From Methanomassiliicoccales archaeon (GTDB lineage: Archaea > Thermoplasmatota > Thermoplasmata > Methanomassiliicoccales > UBA472): a stretch of 64,000 nt of DNA. The notes under the pieces were generated by a model. That model was not told where the DNA came from and searched no databases. It was given only the letters and a program-made list of their open reading frames with translations. A program made the position numbers and the translations under genes. The first letter of the stretch is position 1. Every line of letters starts with the position of its first letter. Location of the stretch: the NCBI GenBank assembly GCA_013415865.1, contig CP058896.1:971957-1035956 (forward strand), read 5' to 3'. Shown here piece by piece: positions 1-9,211 of this stretch.

Positions 1-862
1 TTGCAGGCGGTATGCCAGATGTCTGGTTGTCGAAATATGTGGTGACGTGGTACTGGAGCAGCTCCCACAGGTCCTCGACTATCAGCTGTGGGGCGCCAGC
101 ATCACGGTTCTCACGAAGGCGCTGATTGATCCTCAGCACATCGACGAGCTTGTGGGTGAGGTCATCCTCAGACCTGTCGCTCGACTCCAGTGTGATCGAT
201 GGTCGGACGGTCACGGGGGGAACTGGGAGCGCTGTGAGCACCATCCACTCAGGACGGCAGGACTGGGGGTCGATGCCTAGCGGCACCAGGTCCTCAGCTG
301 GTATCCTCTCCAACCTCTCCCTGACCTCCTTCGGGGTCAGCTTATGACCGTCCTCTCGGAAGGTGGTCGGCTTGTCCAATGTTATCTTGAGCTGTTCCTT
401 TCCGCAATGAGGGCATATCTGTTTCTGTGCGTCCTTGGCCGTGTCCTTGGAGAGCTCGCGTATGTCGGTCGTGTCCCCGCCCAGCTCCTCGAACTGTTCC
501 ATCTTCGACCTGAAGCCCTTGACCTCCTCCTCGTTGAGCATCAGGCGGCCGCAGCTCTTGCAGGTGGCCTGCAACAGCTTCTTAATCTCCTTGACATAGC
601 CCACGTGAATGACGGGCATGGCAAGGTCTATGCTGCCAAAGTGGCCGGGGCATTCGTCCACCTTGTGCCCGCAGGTCTTGCACCTGAGGCCCGGTTCGAT
701 GACCCCGAGGTGAGGGTCCATCAGGCCCATCTCTATCGGGAAACCGTCATCGTCATAGGTGTCGGCCGTTATTATCTTTGCAGCGGACATCTTGCGTATC
801 TCATCAGGGGACAGGCAGGCGAACTTTATCGACCCTATCCTCTTGGAAACCCCTCTCTTCAT
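1..862 (-). CDS. rpoA1: DNA-directed RNA polymerase subunit A' (N-terminal part; gene runs off the left edge of the window)
   Basis: Absent from the ORF track because there is no stop inside the window. The reverse-strand ATG at 862 overlaps the rpoB stop (ATGA). My hand translation is [89 protein letters not shown]..., the conserved zinc/clamp N-terminus of archaeal RpoA'. I checked the frame codon by codon over positions 2..541 and translated about 100 codons downstream of the ATG at 862, without finding a stop. Gene order is the canonical rpoH-rpoB-rpoA1. Confidence 0.9.
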   Translation of the reverse strand, partial: MKRGVSKRIGSIKFACLSPDEIRKMSAAKIITADTYDDDGFPIEMGLMDPHLGVIEPGLRCKTCGHKVDECPGHFGSIDLAMPVIHVGYVKEIKKLLQATCKSCGRLMLNEEEVKGFRSKMEQFEELGGDTTDIRELSKDTAKDAQKQICPHCGKEQLKITLDKPTTFREDGHKLTPKEVRERLERIPAEDLVPLGIDPQSCRPEWMVLTALPVPPVTVRPSITLESSDRSEDDLTHKLVDVLRINQRLRENRDAGAPQLIVEDLWELLQYHVTTYFDNQTSGIPPA

Positions 863-3800
863 CGCAAATCCTCCAGCTGAAGGCGCATGGCGACCCCAAG
901 CGATAGCAGCTCATCGAGGAGCAGTTTGAACGCATAGGACGTCTGCACCAGGTGCACGTTCGTGTTGTTTCCGCATACAGGGCAGCGGAGCGCCCCTCTT
1001 CGGTCCAATATCGCTATATGGCCGCAGTTGGGGTTGCCGCATACATATTGATAGGTACCATCGGACTCGTCGAGAAGCCGGTCCTTTATGACCATGGCGG
1101 CACCATGGCCTATCAGGCAGTCACGCTCCATCTCACCGAACCTGAGACCGCCCTGTCTGGAGCGGCCTTCTGTCGGTTGCCTCGTGAGTATCTGCACAGG
1201 CCCGCGGGACCTGACGTGCATCTTCCCTGAGACCATGTGATGGAGCTTCTGGTAATAGATCACGCCCATGAATATGTCGGCCTCTATCTTCCTTCCTGTC
1301 TGGCCATCGTACATGACCTCTCTTCCGGAGTGCATGAAGCCGGCCCTGACCAAGGACTCCCTGATCGCCTCCTCCTTCTCTCCGCTGAACGGGGTGCCAT
1401 CGATGGTCCTCGCCTCCGCACAGCCGACCTTTCCACCGATCATCTCAAGTATGTGCGCCACGGTCATACGGGACGGTATACCGTGCGGGTTGACGACCAG
1501 GTCGGGAGTGAGCCCTTCTGCTGTAAAGGGCATGTCCTCTGCAGGTTGGATCAGACCGACGACCCCTTTCTGCCCATGCCTTGAGGCGAACTTGTCGCCC
1601 AGCTCTGGAATGCGCTCGTCCCTCACCTTCACCTTGACGAGCCTGGAGCCGTTCTCGGACTCGGTCAGCATGACCGAGTCGACCCATCCGGTCTCGCCGC
1701 CGCGGCAGGTGACCGATGTCTCCCTGCGCTTCTGAACGGAAAGGAAGTCACCGACATCCTCCTCAAGGAACCTCGGCGGCGAGGTCTTCCCTATCAGCAC
1801 ATCGCCGGCATTGACCGCTATCTCAGGTGAGATCAGACCGTCGTCAGGGTCAAGGTTGACATATGACTGGTCCTGCCTTGCGCCACGGACGTCCGGCTGG
1901 GGGATCTCGAAATGGTCCTCCTGTCCCCCTGGGTATCTGCGTTCCTCGGCCCTGTATGTTCTCATGAATGTGGACCTGCCGAGGCCGCGCTCGACGCTCG
2001 CCTTGTTGAGGATCAATGCGTCCTCCATGTTGAAACCATGATAGGACAGGACGGCCACGACAAAGTTCTGCCCTGCGGGCCTCTTGTTGAACGCAACGAA
2101 GTCCATCGTCTTCGTCTGGACCAACGGCTTCTGCGGATAATGCATGATGTGCCCACGGGTGTCCGGCCTCATACGGTAGTTGGAGGCGGCCAGGCCCAAC
2201 GATTGCTTCGCCATCCCTGCCCCCATGGTGACACGCGGTGACGAGTTATGCTCTGGGTATGGCACCAGTCCGGAGCAGACCCCGAGTATGCACATCGGAT
2301 CTACCTCCATGTGGGTGTGCTCCTTGGTGATCAAAAGCTTGGATGAGATCATCCCTCCGCAATGCCTGCATTTGAGCTGGGCATCCTTGTCCGCCGTGCC
2401 TGGGTTCATCCAATCAAGGTCCATAGGTGATAATGCACGCCCACAATGGTCACATCTCTCAGGGACCTCATACGGAGATACGGCGATGAACGCGTCCTCT
2501 TCCTCCTCCGCATCGATCCATTCTATGACGCCCTCGCGGACGAGGTCGTTCCAGCGGAGCTTGCCCTCGCGGATCTCCTCAATATGCCTCCTGGTAAGGG
2601 CGATCTTCCCATCATTGACAACGATGAGGCTCCTCCGGAGACGCCCCTCATCGCAGTTGATTATGACCTCGTCCATCTCCTCATCATAACGGACGTTTAT
2701 CTCATGTGAGAGGAGCCCTGACCTGCGCCTCTGGCGCATCTCGTTGATGAGGTACTTTGCCCGGTCATGGACCCCCTTCAGGTCCCCATTTACATAGACC
2801 CGGGTGCCCGCCTTCTGCTGGCCTCTCACCTCTTTTACCCCAAGGTCCTTCAGCAGGTATGTGACGTCCTCCTCACGGAACCCTTCTGAGACGTCGATGA
2901 TAAGCGCGGCATTCTTGACCAGACCGCAGTTCTGCCCCTCGGGGGTCTCGTTGGGGCATAGACGGCCCCACTGGGTGGGATGTAGGTCACGCGCCTCGAA
3001 GTGTGGCTGGCTCCTGGTCAAGGAAGACGTAATACGCCTGAGGTGGGAGAGCGTGGACATGTTCGAGGTCCTGTCCAGCAGCTGGCTCACACCTGCACGA
3101 CCACCGACCCAATTGCCGGTCGCCAGGGCGTGCAGGAGACGGTGTGACAAAAGGTCTGGCCTGATTGCGCTCCCTATCCGAAGGTCCTTCTTCCTTGCAT
3201 AGGACCTCTCCAGCTGGTACTTCAGGTCTTTCATGAGGTTTGTGAAGGCGACGCGGAAGAGGTCCTCCATCAGGTCGCCTGCCAGCTTCAGCCTCTTGTT
3301 GGCATAATGGTCCTTGTCATCCTCGTTCCTCATGTTCAATGAAAGCTCAAGCACGGACCTTGCGATGCGGCCGAGGAATATCGCCTTCTTCATGCGGTCA
3401 TCGGGCGTATCGCCAAGGTGCGGGAGCAATGAGCGGTCGATGATGGACTCGACCTTCTTGACGCGGTATTCCTTTGCCTGCCCGGTAGCGAACTTGCGTT
3501 CCAGGTAGGCGATGGCGTCGTTCGTGGTGAAAATACCGTTGGGGGGGTAGACCTTCTTATCATGGATCTCCTCGATGTTAGCGTAAACGATGTTGCTCAT
3601 CCTCGGATCGGACGCGATGGCCTCGAATATCTCCTGGTCGTTCTCCATGCCTAAAGCCTTCATCAGTGCGACGAGGGGTATCTGGCCAGATGCCGCCGGG
3701 ACGGTGACCATAAGCACCCCATCCCGCTTCTTCTCGACAAGCGTCAGGGCTCGGTGCCCTTCCTTCTGCGAGAACACCTTAGCTACTTCCAGCTTCGTGC

Positions 3801-4458
3801 CATAGCGCTCGTTGAACTCCACCATGACACGGTTAGGCGCGAGGTCCTCGAGGGTGATAAGAACACGCTCCGTACCTCCGATGATGAAATAACCGCCTGG
3901 GTCCATCGGGTCCTCGCCCTTTTTCTGAAGGGTCCTGTTATATTCCTCCTCTGTCAGCTCCCGCTCCTCTTCAAGGTTCTCTTTATAAAGGTTGCACTTT
4001 TTGCTCTTGACCATGATCGGGAGGTCGCCTATGTGGACCGTCTCCGACTCCTTCTCTATCCCATCCTCTATAACCGTGAACTCGAGAAAGATCGGGGCCA
4101 GGTAGTTGAGGTTCCTCAACCTGGCCTCCATCGGGGTCAGCTCATGGACGTAACCATTGGCCTCCCGGGTCTCAGGGAGCTTGACATGGATCGTAGGCTT
4201 GGCGCTCTGGTCGATCGCTCCCGTCTTCTCATCCCTCTTCCTACCGACGCGGATCTCGACGATCCTTCCGTCCGTCTTGTCCTTGTCCAATCTTATGATG
4301 CCCCTGTCAAGGTCCTCAGCGGACACACGAAGGTTGTCAACGATCTTCTGCATCCTGCTGTTAGGATTGTCCATTGTGGACAGGAAGTCATTGAAGCTGG
4401 ATATATGATGGTTGACGATGCTCCTGTCCTTAAAATAGAGTTCGACTAGATCTCGCAA
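859..4458 (-). CDS. rpoB: DNA-directed RNA polymerase subunit B, unsplit (1199 aa)
   Basis: ORF track. Conserved Rpb2/RpoB blocks are present: [74 protein letters not shown], and the C-terminal CxxC..CxxC clamp zinc site. The only usable start is TTG at 4458, because an in-frame TAA lies directly upstream and the conserved N-terminus begins at once. Confidence 0.97.
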   Translation of the reverse strand: MRDLVELYFKDRSIVNHHISSFNDFLSTMDNPNSRMQKIVDNLRVSAEDLDRGIIRLDKDKTDGRIVEIRVGRKRDEKTGAIDQSAKPTIHVKLPETREANGYVHELTPMEARLRNLNYLAPIFLEFTVIEDGIEKESETVHIGDLPIMVKSKKCNLYKENLEEERELTEEEYNRTLQKKGEDPMDPGGYFIIGGTERVLITLEDLAPNRVMVEFNERYGTKLEVAKVFSQKEGHRALTLVEKKRDGVLMVTVPAASGQIPLVALMKALGMENDQEIFEAIASDPRMSNIVYANIEEIHDKKVYPPNGIFTTNDAIAYLERKFATGQAKEYRVKKVESIIDRSLLPHLGDTPDDRMKKAIFLGRIARSVLELSLNMRNEDDKDHYANKRLKLAGDLMEDLFRVAFTNLMKDLKYQLERSYARKKDLRIGSAIRPDLLSHRLLHALATGNWVGGRAGVSQLLDRTSNMSTLSHLRRITSSLTRSQPHFEARDLHPTQWGRLCPNETPEGQNCGLVKNAALIIDVSEGFREEDVTYLLKDLGVKEVRGQQKAGTRVYVNGDLKGVHDRAKYLINEMRQRRRSGLLSHEINVRYDEEMDEVIINCDEGRLRRSLIVVNDGKIALTRRHIEEIREGKLRWNDLVREGVIEWIDAEEEEDAFIAVSPYEVPERCDHCGRALSPMDLDWMNPGTADKDAQLKCRHCGGMISSKLLITKEHTHMEVDPMCILGVCSGLVPYPEHNSSPRVTMGAGMAKQSLGLAASNYRMRPDTRGHIMHYPQKPLVQTKTMDFVAFNKRPAGQNFVVAVLSYHGFNMEDALILNKASVERGLGRSTFMRTYRAEERRYPGGQEDHFEIPQPDVRGARQDQSYVNLDPDDGLISPEIAVNAGDVLIGKTSPPRFLEEDVGDFLSVQKRRETSVTCRGGETGWVDSVMLTESENGSRLVKVKVRDERIPELGDKFASRHGQKGVVGLIQPAEDMPFTAEGLTPDLVVNPHGIPSRMTVAHILEMIGGKVGCAEARTIDGTPFSGEKEEAIRESLVRAGFMHSGREVMYDGQTGRKIEADIFMGVIYYQKLHHMVSGKMHVRSRGPVQILTRQPTEGRSRQGGLRFGEMERDCLIGHGAAMVIKDRLLDESDGTYQYVCGNPNCGHIAILDRRGALRCPVCGNNTNVHLVQTSYAFKLLLDELLSLGVAMRLQLEDLR

Positions 4459-4463
4459 TTAAT

Positions 4464-4727
4464 TCACCCTCTGACCAAACGATAGGCGACCGCTACCTCC
4501 GCGGTCTTGCTCTTGCGGGTTATCTGGATGATAGACCCCTCCTTGATGTCTGTATGACTGATCTTCTCGAGGACCTTGATGCAGGCGTCGTTCTTCCTAA
4601 TCTTTGGAAGCTGATCCTTGGAGATCTTGAGCTTCGCTAGGACGGCCTCGGCCTCTTCATCCGATAACAAACGATGCTCGGGCACGAGATTGTGCTCTAA
4701 TACGTTGAACTGTGGCGTTTCGACCAA
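4464..4727 (-). CDS. rpoH: DNA-directed RNA polymerase subunit H (Rpb5-like)
   Basis: ORF track (87 aa) with the typical RpoH core (LVPEHRLLSDEEAEAVLAKLKISKDQLPKI...ITRKS...YRLV). It lies immediately upstream of rpoB. The start is TTG at 4727, preceded by a strong GAGGTGAT Shine-Dalgarno 5-6 nt upstream. Confidence 0.9.
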   Translation of the reverse strand: MVETPQFNVLEHNLVPEHRLLSDEEAEAVLAKLKISKDQLPKIRKNDACIKVLEKISHTDIKEGSIIQITRKSKTAEVAVAYRLVRG

Positions 4728-4847
4728 AAAATCACCTCGTCAATGACCCGCGACCTGTTTTCATCCTATAAGGTATAGATATTAATAGGCATCGGTGTCG
4801 GATTATGTTCTCCTGTTCGACTCCCATATTCCATTCACCTACCCAAG

Positions 4848-4981
4848 CGGGCCCGCGGGGATTTTCGACGCCACGGAGTTACCGTGAAACGATTCGAACC
4901 CCGGACCACCTGGTTAAAAGCCAGATGCTCTTTCTAGGGACCGCTGTTGCCAACGGTCCTACCTAGCTGAGCTACGGGCCC
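4848..4981 (-). tRNA. tRNA-Lys (anticodon UUU) with two predicted introns (about 4931..4959 in the D-loop, about 4861..4891 in the T-loop)
   Basis: The reverse complement reads GGGCCCG TA GCTC AGCTAGGTA [29 nt] GAGC A TCTGG CTTTTAA CCAGG TGGTC CGGGG TTCGAAT [31 nt] CCCCG CGGGCCC G. Removing the two inserts gives a complete 74-nt cloverleaf. Intron 1 shows a bulge-helix-bulge (CTAG/CTAG helix, GTA and AAA bulges). Splice junctions are ambiguous by 1 nt because of repeated bases. Confidence 0.8.
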
Positions 4982-5280
4982 TTTTGGATGTGTGCGCCGG
5001 CGCTGCGCCGCCGAGCATAAATGCTGCCCTTATTTAAGTGTTCGCCAAGTAATCCTTTCTTCCGACGCCGGACGGATAAACTATTTCATCTATTGTGAAT
5101 GGGAATTGTCACATGCCCAGTTCTTACCCAATCTTTATATTTCCTTTCGAGGATGGTCTTTTTAGACCATACAGTCAGGGCCCTGTGACCGCCCATTCCA
5201 AGTTCATTTATGTTCTCTTTGACCTAGGCTGAAATTTTTATATAGGGAGCCTAATCTCGCTACCCTCGCAGGTGCGATAC

Positions 5281-5448
5281 ATGCAGAATGAAAAGATTTG
5301 CAGTTCATGCGGCATCAGGTTGACCGGGACCGGTATTACATTCTTCAAATGCCCTGGTTGTGGGCAGGTAGAGGTCGGACGATGCTACAATTGCCGCGAC
5401 CAGAGCGTCAAATACGTTTGCCCTAGATGCGGGTTCACAGGACCATAA
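5281..5448 (+). CDS. Small zinc-ribbon protein (55 aa, four CxxC pairs), the class found upstream of aEF-1beta in archaea
   Basis: Below the ORF-track length cutoff. ATG at 5281, TAA at 5446. Translation: MQNEKICSSCGIRLTGTGITFFKCPGCGQVEVGRCYNCRDQSVKYVCPRCGFTGP. A TATA-like tttttatata lies about 40 nt upstream, and the gene ends 10 nt before the EF-1beta start. Confidence 0.75.
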   Translation: MQNEKICSSCGIRLTGTGITFFKCPGCGQVEVGRCYNCRDQSVKYVCPRCGFTGP

Positions 5449-5458
5449 AGGTGTTCAT

Positions 5459-5725
5459 ATGGGGCAGGTAGCTTCAGTTCACACCTTGATGTCAGAAGAC
5501 CCTGACTTCAATTATGAGAAGCTAGGTAATGATCTTCAGAGCTTGGTGCCGTCAGGCATCAAGGTCATCAGGACAGAGGTCAAGCCTTTGGCCTTTGGAC
5601 TGAAGATGTTGGAGGTCACCTGCATCATGCAGGACGCAGCGGGACTCATCGAGGAGCTGGAAAAGGTCTATAGCTCCATCGAAGGCATCTCCAACGTCGA
5701 GGTCAAGGAAGTCGGCCTCATTTGA
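5459..5725 (+). CDS. ef1b: Translation elongation factor aEF-1 beta
   Basis: ORF track (88 aa). The size and the sequence (VKPLAFGLKMLEVTCIMQD...GISNVEVKEVGLI) are typical of archaeal EF-1beta. Confidence 0.88.
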   Translation: MGQVASVHTLMSEDPDFNYEKLGNDLQSLVPSGIKVIRTEVKPLAFGLKMLEVTCIMQDAAGLIEELEKVYSSIEGISNVEVKEVGLI

Positions 5726-5835
5726 GCGCAGGGTCGTTCAATGTCATGCTGATAAACGCCTTCCGCTTCGGATTTTTTATTAATGTTGCTCAAGCACCTA
5801 GTATCTAAGGTCCTCGAGGTTTGGAGGTCTATGAT

Positions 5836-7449
5836 ATGAGGGCGACGGTCATCGACTGCTATATTGACGAACCTGGTTCCCTGGGAGTCCCACCGTTCAT
5901 ACACCCAGGGGTCCGGGCCGTATATGGCGCGCTCGTCGATGCCGGCTGCGACACCTCGTACGTAACTATAGATGACATCAGACAGGGAATGCACCTTGAC
6001 AACGCGGATGTGTACGTGGTCATGGCTGGATGCGCAGTTCCTGGCAGATATATCAGGGCGATGCCTGCCTCGGCCAAAGAGGTGCTCTCATTAGCAAGGA
6101 CTTTGCCAGGCATCAAGGTCCTGGGCGGACCCGCTGCCCTTGAGAAAATGGATTGGTCGAGCGCCTTCGATGTCATAGGAAAAAAGGACGCCGCCTCCGC
6201 TTCCTTCGATCTCGTGAGAAAAGGGTGGGGGACAGACCGTTGGAGGACGGTCTCGGAATGGGAACGGTGGTTACTGAAGGGTGCGGAGTGTGTTATGCAG
6301 CACCCTGACCATCCACAGCCATTGATAGCAGAGATAGAGACGTACAGGGGATGCGTAAGGTACCGAAGCGGAGGATGTTCATTCTGCATCGAGCCACTTA
6401 AGGGAGAGCCTGAGTTCAGGGATGCGGGCAGTATAATAGAGGAGGTCGCTCGCCTGCATGAGCTTGGCGTGCGCAACTTCCGTCTTGGAGCGCAGACCTG
6501 TTTCATATCCTATAAGGCCCATATGGATGGAACGGACAGGCCAAGACCTAACCCCCAGGAGGTCGAGCGCCTTCTTTCGGGGATCTCCTCGGTCAGACCG
6601 GACGTCCTGCACCTTGACAATGCCAACCCGGCGATCATCGCTCAATGGCCAGATGAGGCCAGGATGGTCCTTGAGAGCATAGCTGAGCATTGCACGAGCG
6701 GTAATGTTCTGGCTTTGGGGCTAGAATCGGCCGATCCTGTCGTGAGGGAGGCCAACAACCTGAACGCCTCGGCCGAGGAGACCATGCAGGCCGTGAGGAT
6801 GATCAACGAGGTGGGAGGTGAGCGTGGACCCAACGGGCTCCCCAAGGTCCTCCCAGGCATCAATTTCATAGTTGGTCTGGATGGTGAGCGGAAAGAGTCG
6901 CTCTTGCACAACATGAGGTTCTTGAAGGGAGTTATGTCCGAAGGCCTCCTCCTGCGGAGGATCAACATCAGGCAGGTGATCGGCATCCGCAGACAGTTCA
7001 GACAGAACCTTACCCATGGGGAGTTCCTTAAATTCAAGGAATGGGTCAGGCAGGAGGTCGACCACGTGATGCTCGAAAGGATGCTTCCCAGGGGCACCCT
7101 TCTCAAAGGAATATATACCGAGCTCAAGGAGGGCAAGGTGACGTTCGGTAGGCAGATAGGTACTTATCCCATCCTTGTGGGATTCGAGCATCCTGTGGAG
7201 ATGTCCCGCCTCTATGACGCCAAGGTCACAGGCTGGGGTTTCAGAAGCATCACCGCGGTTGAATGGCCCTTGAGCATCAACAGGTGCCACATATCTGCGA
7301 TCGAGGCCCTTCCGGGCGTAGGGAGGAAGAGGGCCATGAGGGTGTTCAGGGCAAGGCCTTTCAAAGGACCGGAGGACTTTGTTGCAAGCTTCGACGATGT
7401 TGAGCTAGGAAGATACCTGCTGGATTACGTGACCTTCGATCGGTTGTAA
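5836..7449 (+). CDS. Radical SAM protein with B12-binding-like N-domain and C-terminal helix-hairpin-helix
   Basis: ORF track 5821..7449. I prefer the ATG at 5836, which has a GGAGGT 8 nt upstream. There is a cysteine-rich core (ETYRGCVRYRSGGCSFC) and a C-terminal ALPGVGRKRAMRVF HhH-like motif. Confidence 0.7.
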   Translation: MRATVIDCYIDEPGSLGVPPFIHPGVRAVYGALVDAGCDTSYVTIDDIRQGMHLDNADVYVVMAGCAVPGRYIRAMPASAKEVLSLARTLPGIKVLGGPAALEKMDWSSAFDVIGKKDAASASFDLVRKGWGTDRWRTVSEWERWLLKGAECVMQHPDHPQPLIAEIETYRGCVRYRSGGCSFCIEPLKGEPEFRDAGSIIEEVARLHELGVRNFRLGAQTCFISYKAHMDGTDRPRPNPQEVERLLSGISSVRPDVLHLDNANPAIIAQWPDEARMVLESIAEHCTSGNVLALGLESADPVVREANNLNASAEETMQAVRMINEVGGERGPNGLPKVLPGINFIVGLDGERKESLLHNMRFLKGVMSEGLLLRRINIRQVIGIRRQFRQNLTHGEFLKFKEWVRQEVDHVMLERMLPRGTLLKGIYTELKEGKVTFGRQIGTYPILVGFEHPVEMSRLYDAKVTGWGFRSITAVEWPLSINRCHISAIEALPGVGRKRAMRVFRARPFKGPEDFVASFDDVELGRYLLDYVTFDRL

Positions 7450-7486
7450 TGTAAGTTTTTTATCGGCACATAAGGATGGACAGGAC

Positions 7487-8563
7487 ATGGAGACCCAACT
7501 CCTGTCCCGATATCCGTTCTTGAAGGCGGCCTCCGAGCTGGTCAGGTCCAGCAATGTCTCTCTCGATGAGCTATTGACGCACAGGGCGTATGAGGGTCCA
7601 AGGGCCAGGGGAAAACAGCGGGTCATGGACGCGTTGAACGACCTGAAGGTCGGTCTTGTACCTACCTCTTCGGACGAGGGGGCGATATTGCTGGAGGTGC
7701 TCAGCTATCCCGTCGCGAGGGTCCTGGTATCTTGTGTGGCCGATGAGTTCCTCGTAAGAAGATATGCCTTGGCCGAGGCGAAGACCATGCACGAACGCCT
7801 GGAGACGGAGGATCTTGATATCGTCGTTGAGGTGGCCGAGGACCTGGGCGTCACTGCGCACAGGGATGGCGATGTGCTCAGCATGCATTTCTGTGATTTC
7901 TTGCGGTACACCTCTGGCCTCAGGGGGAAAGAATGGAAGCTGGTCAACCATGAGCTCAGGAAAGGGTTCGTGGTCCTCCCAAAGAAGAAGTTCGCAAGGG
8001 TCCTTGAGCAGGCCCTCGCTGAGAAGATCGGGATGGAGCTTCCATTGCCCGTGTCTGATGATATAATGGAGGCGATGGCCAAGGACGTCGCTGAGATCAC
8101 GGCCGTCGTGTCACAGATGAGGGAGAGGATGAAGGAGCAGGGGTTCGGCGAAGTGAGCATCACCAAGTTCCCTCCCTGCATGAAAAAGCTGACGGTAATG
8201 GCCGAGAAGGGGGAGAACATGCCCCATGCCGGGCGATTCGCCATCACCACTTTCCTCAGCGCCCTGGGAATGTCGAATGATGACATCGTGAAGACCTTCT
8301 TCTCTTCTCCTGATTTCGATAATTCCATGACGGTCTACCAGGTCAGGCACATCACGGGGGATGGGATGGGTAAAAGATATTCCTGTCCAGAGTGCGCGAC
8401 CATGCGAACGAACGGCCTGTGCATCGATATGGACGATCTATGCCGGAGCGGTAAGGTCAGACATCCATTGGGTTATTACAGGATAAGGTCCATGGAACAA
8501 AAAAGGAGGCCCCGTCCTGAAGAGAGCGAGCAGATAGCTGCTCAGAGACCGTCAGGGCATTGA
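7487..8563 (+). CDS. priL: DNA primase large (regulatory) subunit PriL
   Basis: ORF track (358 aa). The C-terminal Fe-S cysteines (FPPCM ... YSCPECATMRTNGLC) and overall layout match archaeal PriL. Confidence 0.8.
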   Translation: METQLLSRYPFLKAASELVRSSNVSLDELLTHRAYEGPRARGKQRVMDALNDLKVGLVPTSSDEGAILLEVLSYPVARVLVSCVADEFLVRRYALAEAKTMHERLETEDLDIVVEVAEDLGVTAHRDGDVLSMHFCDFLRYTSGLRGKEWKLVNHELRKGFVVLPKKKFARVLEQALAEKIGMELPLPVSDDIMEAMAKDVAEITAVVSQMRERMKEQGFGEVSITKFPPCMKKLTVMAEKGENMPHAGRFAITTFLSALGMSNDDIVKTFFSSPDFDNSMTVYQVRHITGDGMGKRYSCPECATMRTNGLCIDMDDLCRSGKVRHPLGYYRIRSMEQKRRPRPEESEQIAAQRPSGH

Positions 8564-8569
8564 AGAGCG

Positions 8570-9211
8570 CTACCTGCCCCCCAGCGCCCTCCATGTGTAA
8601 AGGGCCCTTTGGACCGCGGTGATGTTCCCGATGACCGCGAACCAGGCCATCATCAGCTCGAAGATCGATATTTCAGACCCCAGGAGCGAGAACGTCATAT
8701 CTCCCGTGATGGCAGTGAACGATAATTGTAACATTGGGACAAAGAACATCAGGACTATCCGGTCGGCACGGCCCAGCAGGCCTCCGTACATACGACCGAT
8801 GCCCAACGCTTGGGCCTGTGTGCCCATGTATGAGGTCATCAGTACGCCGAGGAGCGCCAGGATCCCTAGATGGATGTCACACCACCCGCTCAATGCGACA
8901 CCGCCTATCATGAAGATGTCCGCATACCTGTCGAACACGTGGTCGATGAAGTCGCCGCGCTTGTTCGCCTTTCCAGATATCCTGGCGACCTTACCATCGA
9001 CAGCATCGAGATATCCGCTGGTGATGACCAATACCGATGTTGATGGAAGAAGCAGCCTCCAATGTTCATAGCTGTAATAAGCAGAGATGCCTGTCAGAAA
9101 TGCCAATATCAATGCCATCAGTGAGATGACGTTAGGGTCCACTTTCCTCAATGCCTTTGCCGCTGGCATCAGGAACCTCTCGGCCTTGTCCCTCTTCGCA
9201 TCTAGTACCAC
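8570..9211 (-). CDS. CDP-alcohol phosphatidyltransferase family protein (archaetidylinositol-phosphate / archaetidylserine synthase-like)
   Basis: ORF track (213 aa). The signature DAVDGKVARISGKANKRGDFIDHVFDRYAD matches D-G-x2-A-R-x8-G-x3-D-x3-D, and the protein has multiple TM segments. GTG start at 9211, TAG stop. Confidence 0.85.
   Translation of the reverse strand: MVLDAKRDKAERFLMPAAKALRKVDPNVISLMALILAFLTGISAYYSYEHWRLLLPSTSVLVITSGYLDAVDGKVARISGKANKRGDFIDHVFDRYADIFMIGGVALSGWCDIHLGILALLGVLMTSYMGTQAQALGIGRMYGGLLGRADRIVLMFFVPMLQLSFTAITGDMTFSLLGSEISIFELMMAWFAVIGNITAVQRALYTWRALGGR

Noticed and set aside
344-880. 178-aa + strand ORF (and the 47..280 and 126..347 ORFs) at the left edge
   Set aside because: They lie antisense to a continuous reverse-strand frame encoding the unmistakable RpoA' N-terminus. 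They are shadow ORFs of a GC-rich gene.
2329-2463. Idea that the RpoB zinc-ribbon insert marks the B''/B' split junction of methanogens and haloarchaea
   Set aside because: From the subunit lengths I recall (B'' about 500-520 aa), the split maps near residue 500-525 (around GLVKNAALI), roughly 150 residues upstream of the insert. The coincidence does not hold.
8570-8572. Possible pyrrolysine (TAG) read-through, given the corrinoid-related genes (cobO, DUF1638)
   Set aside because: TAG is used as an ordinary stop at 8570 and 26455. I found no pair of adjacent same-frame ORFs separated by a single TAG, and no methylamine methyltransferase or pyl genes in the window.
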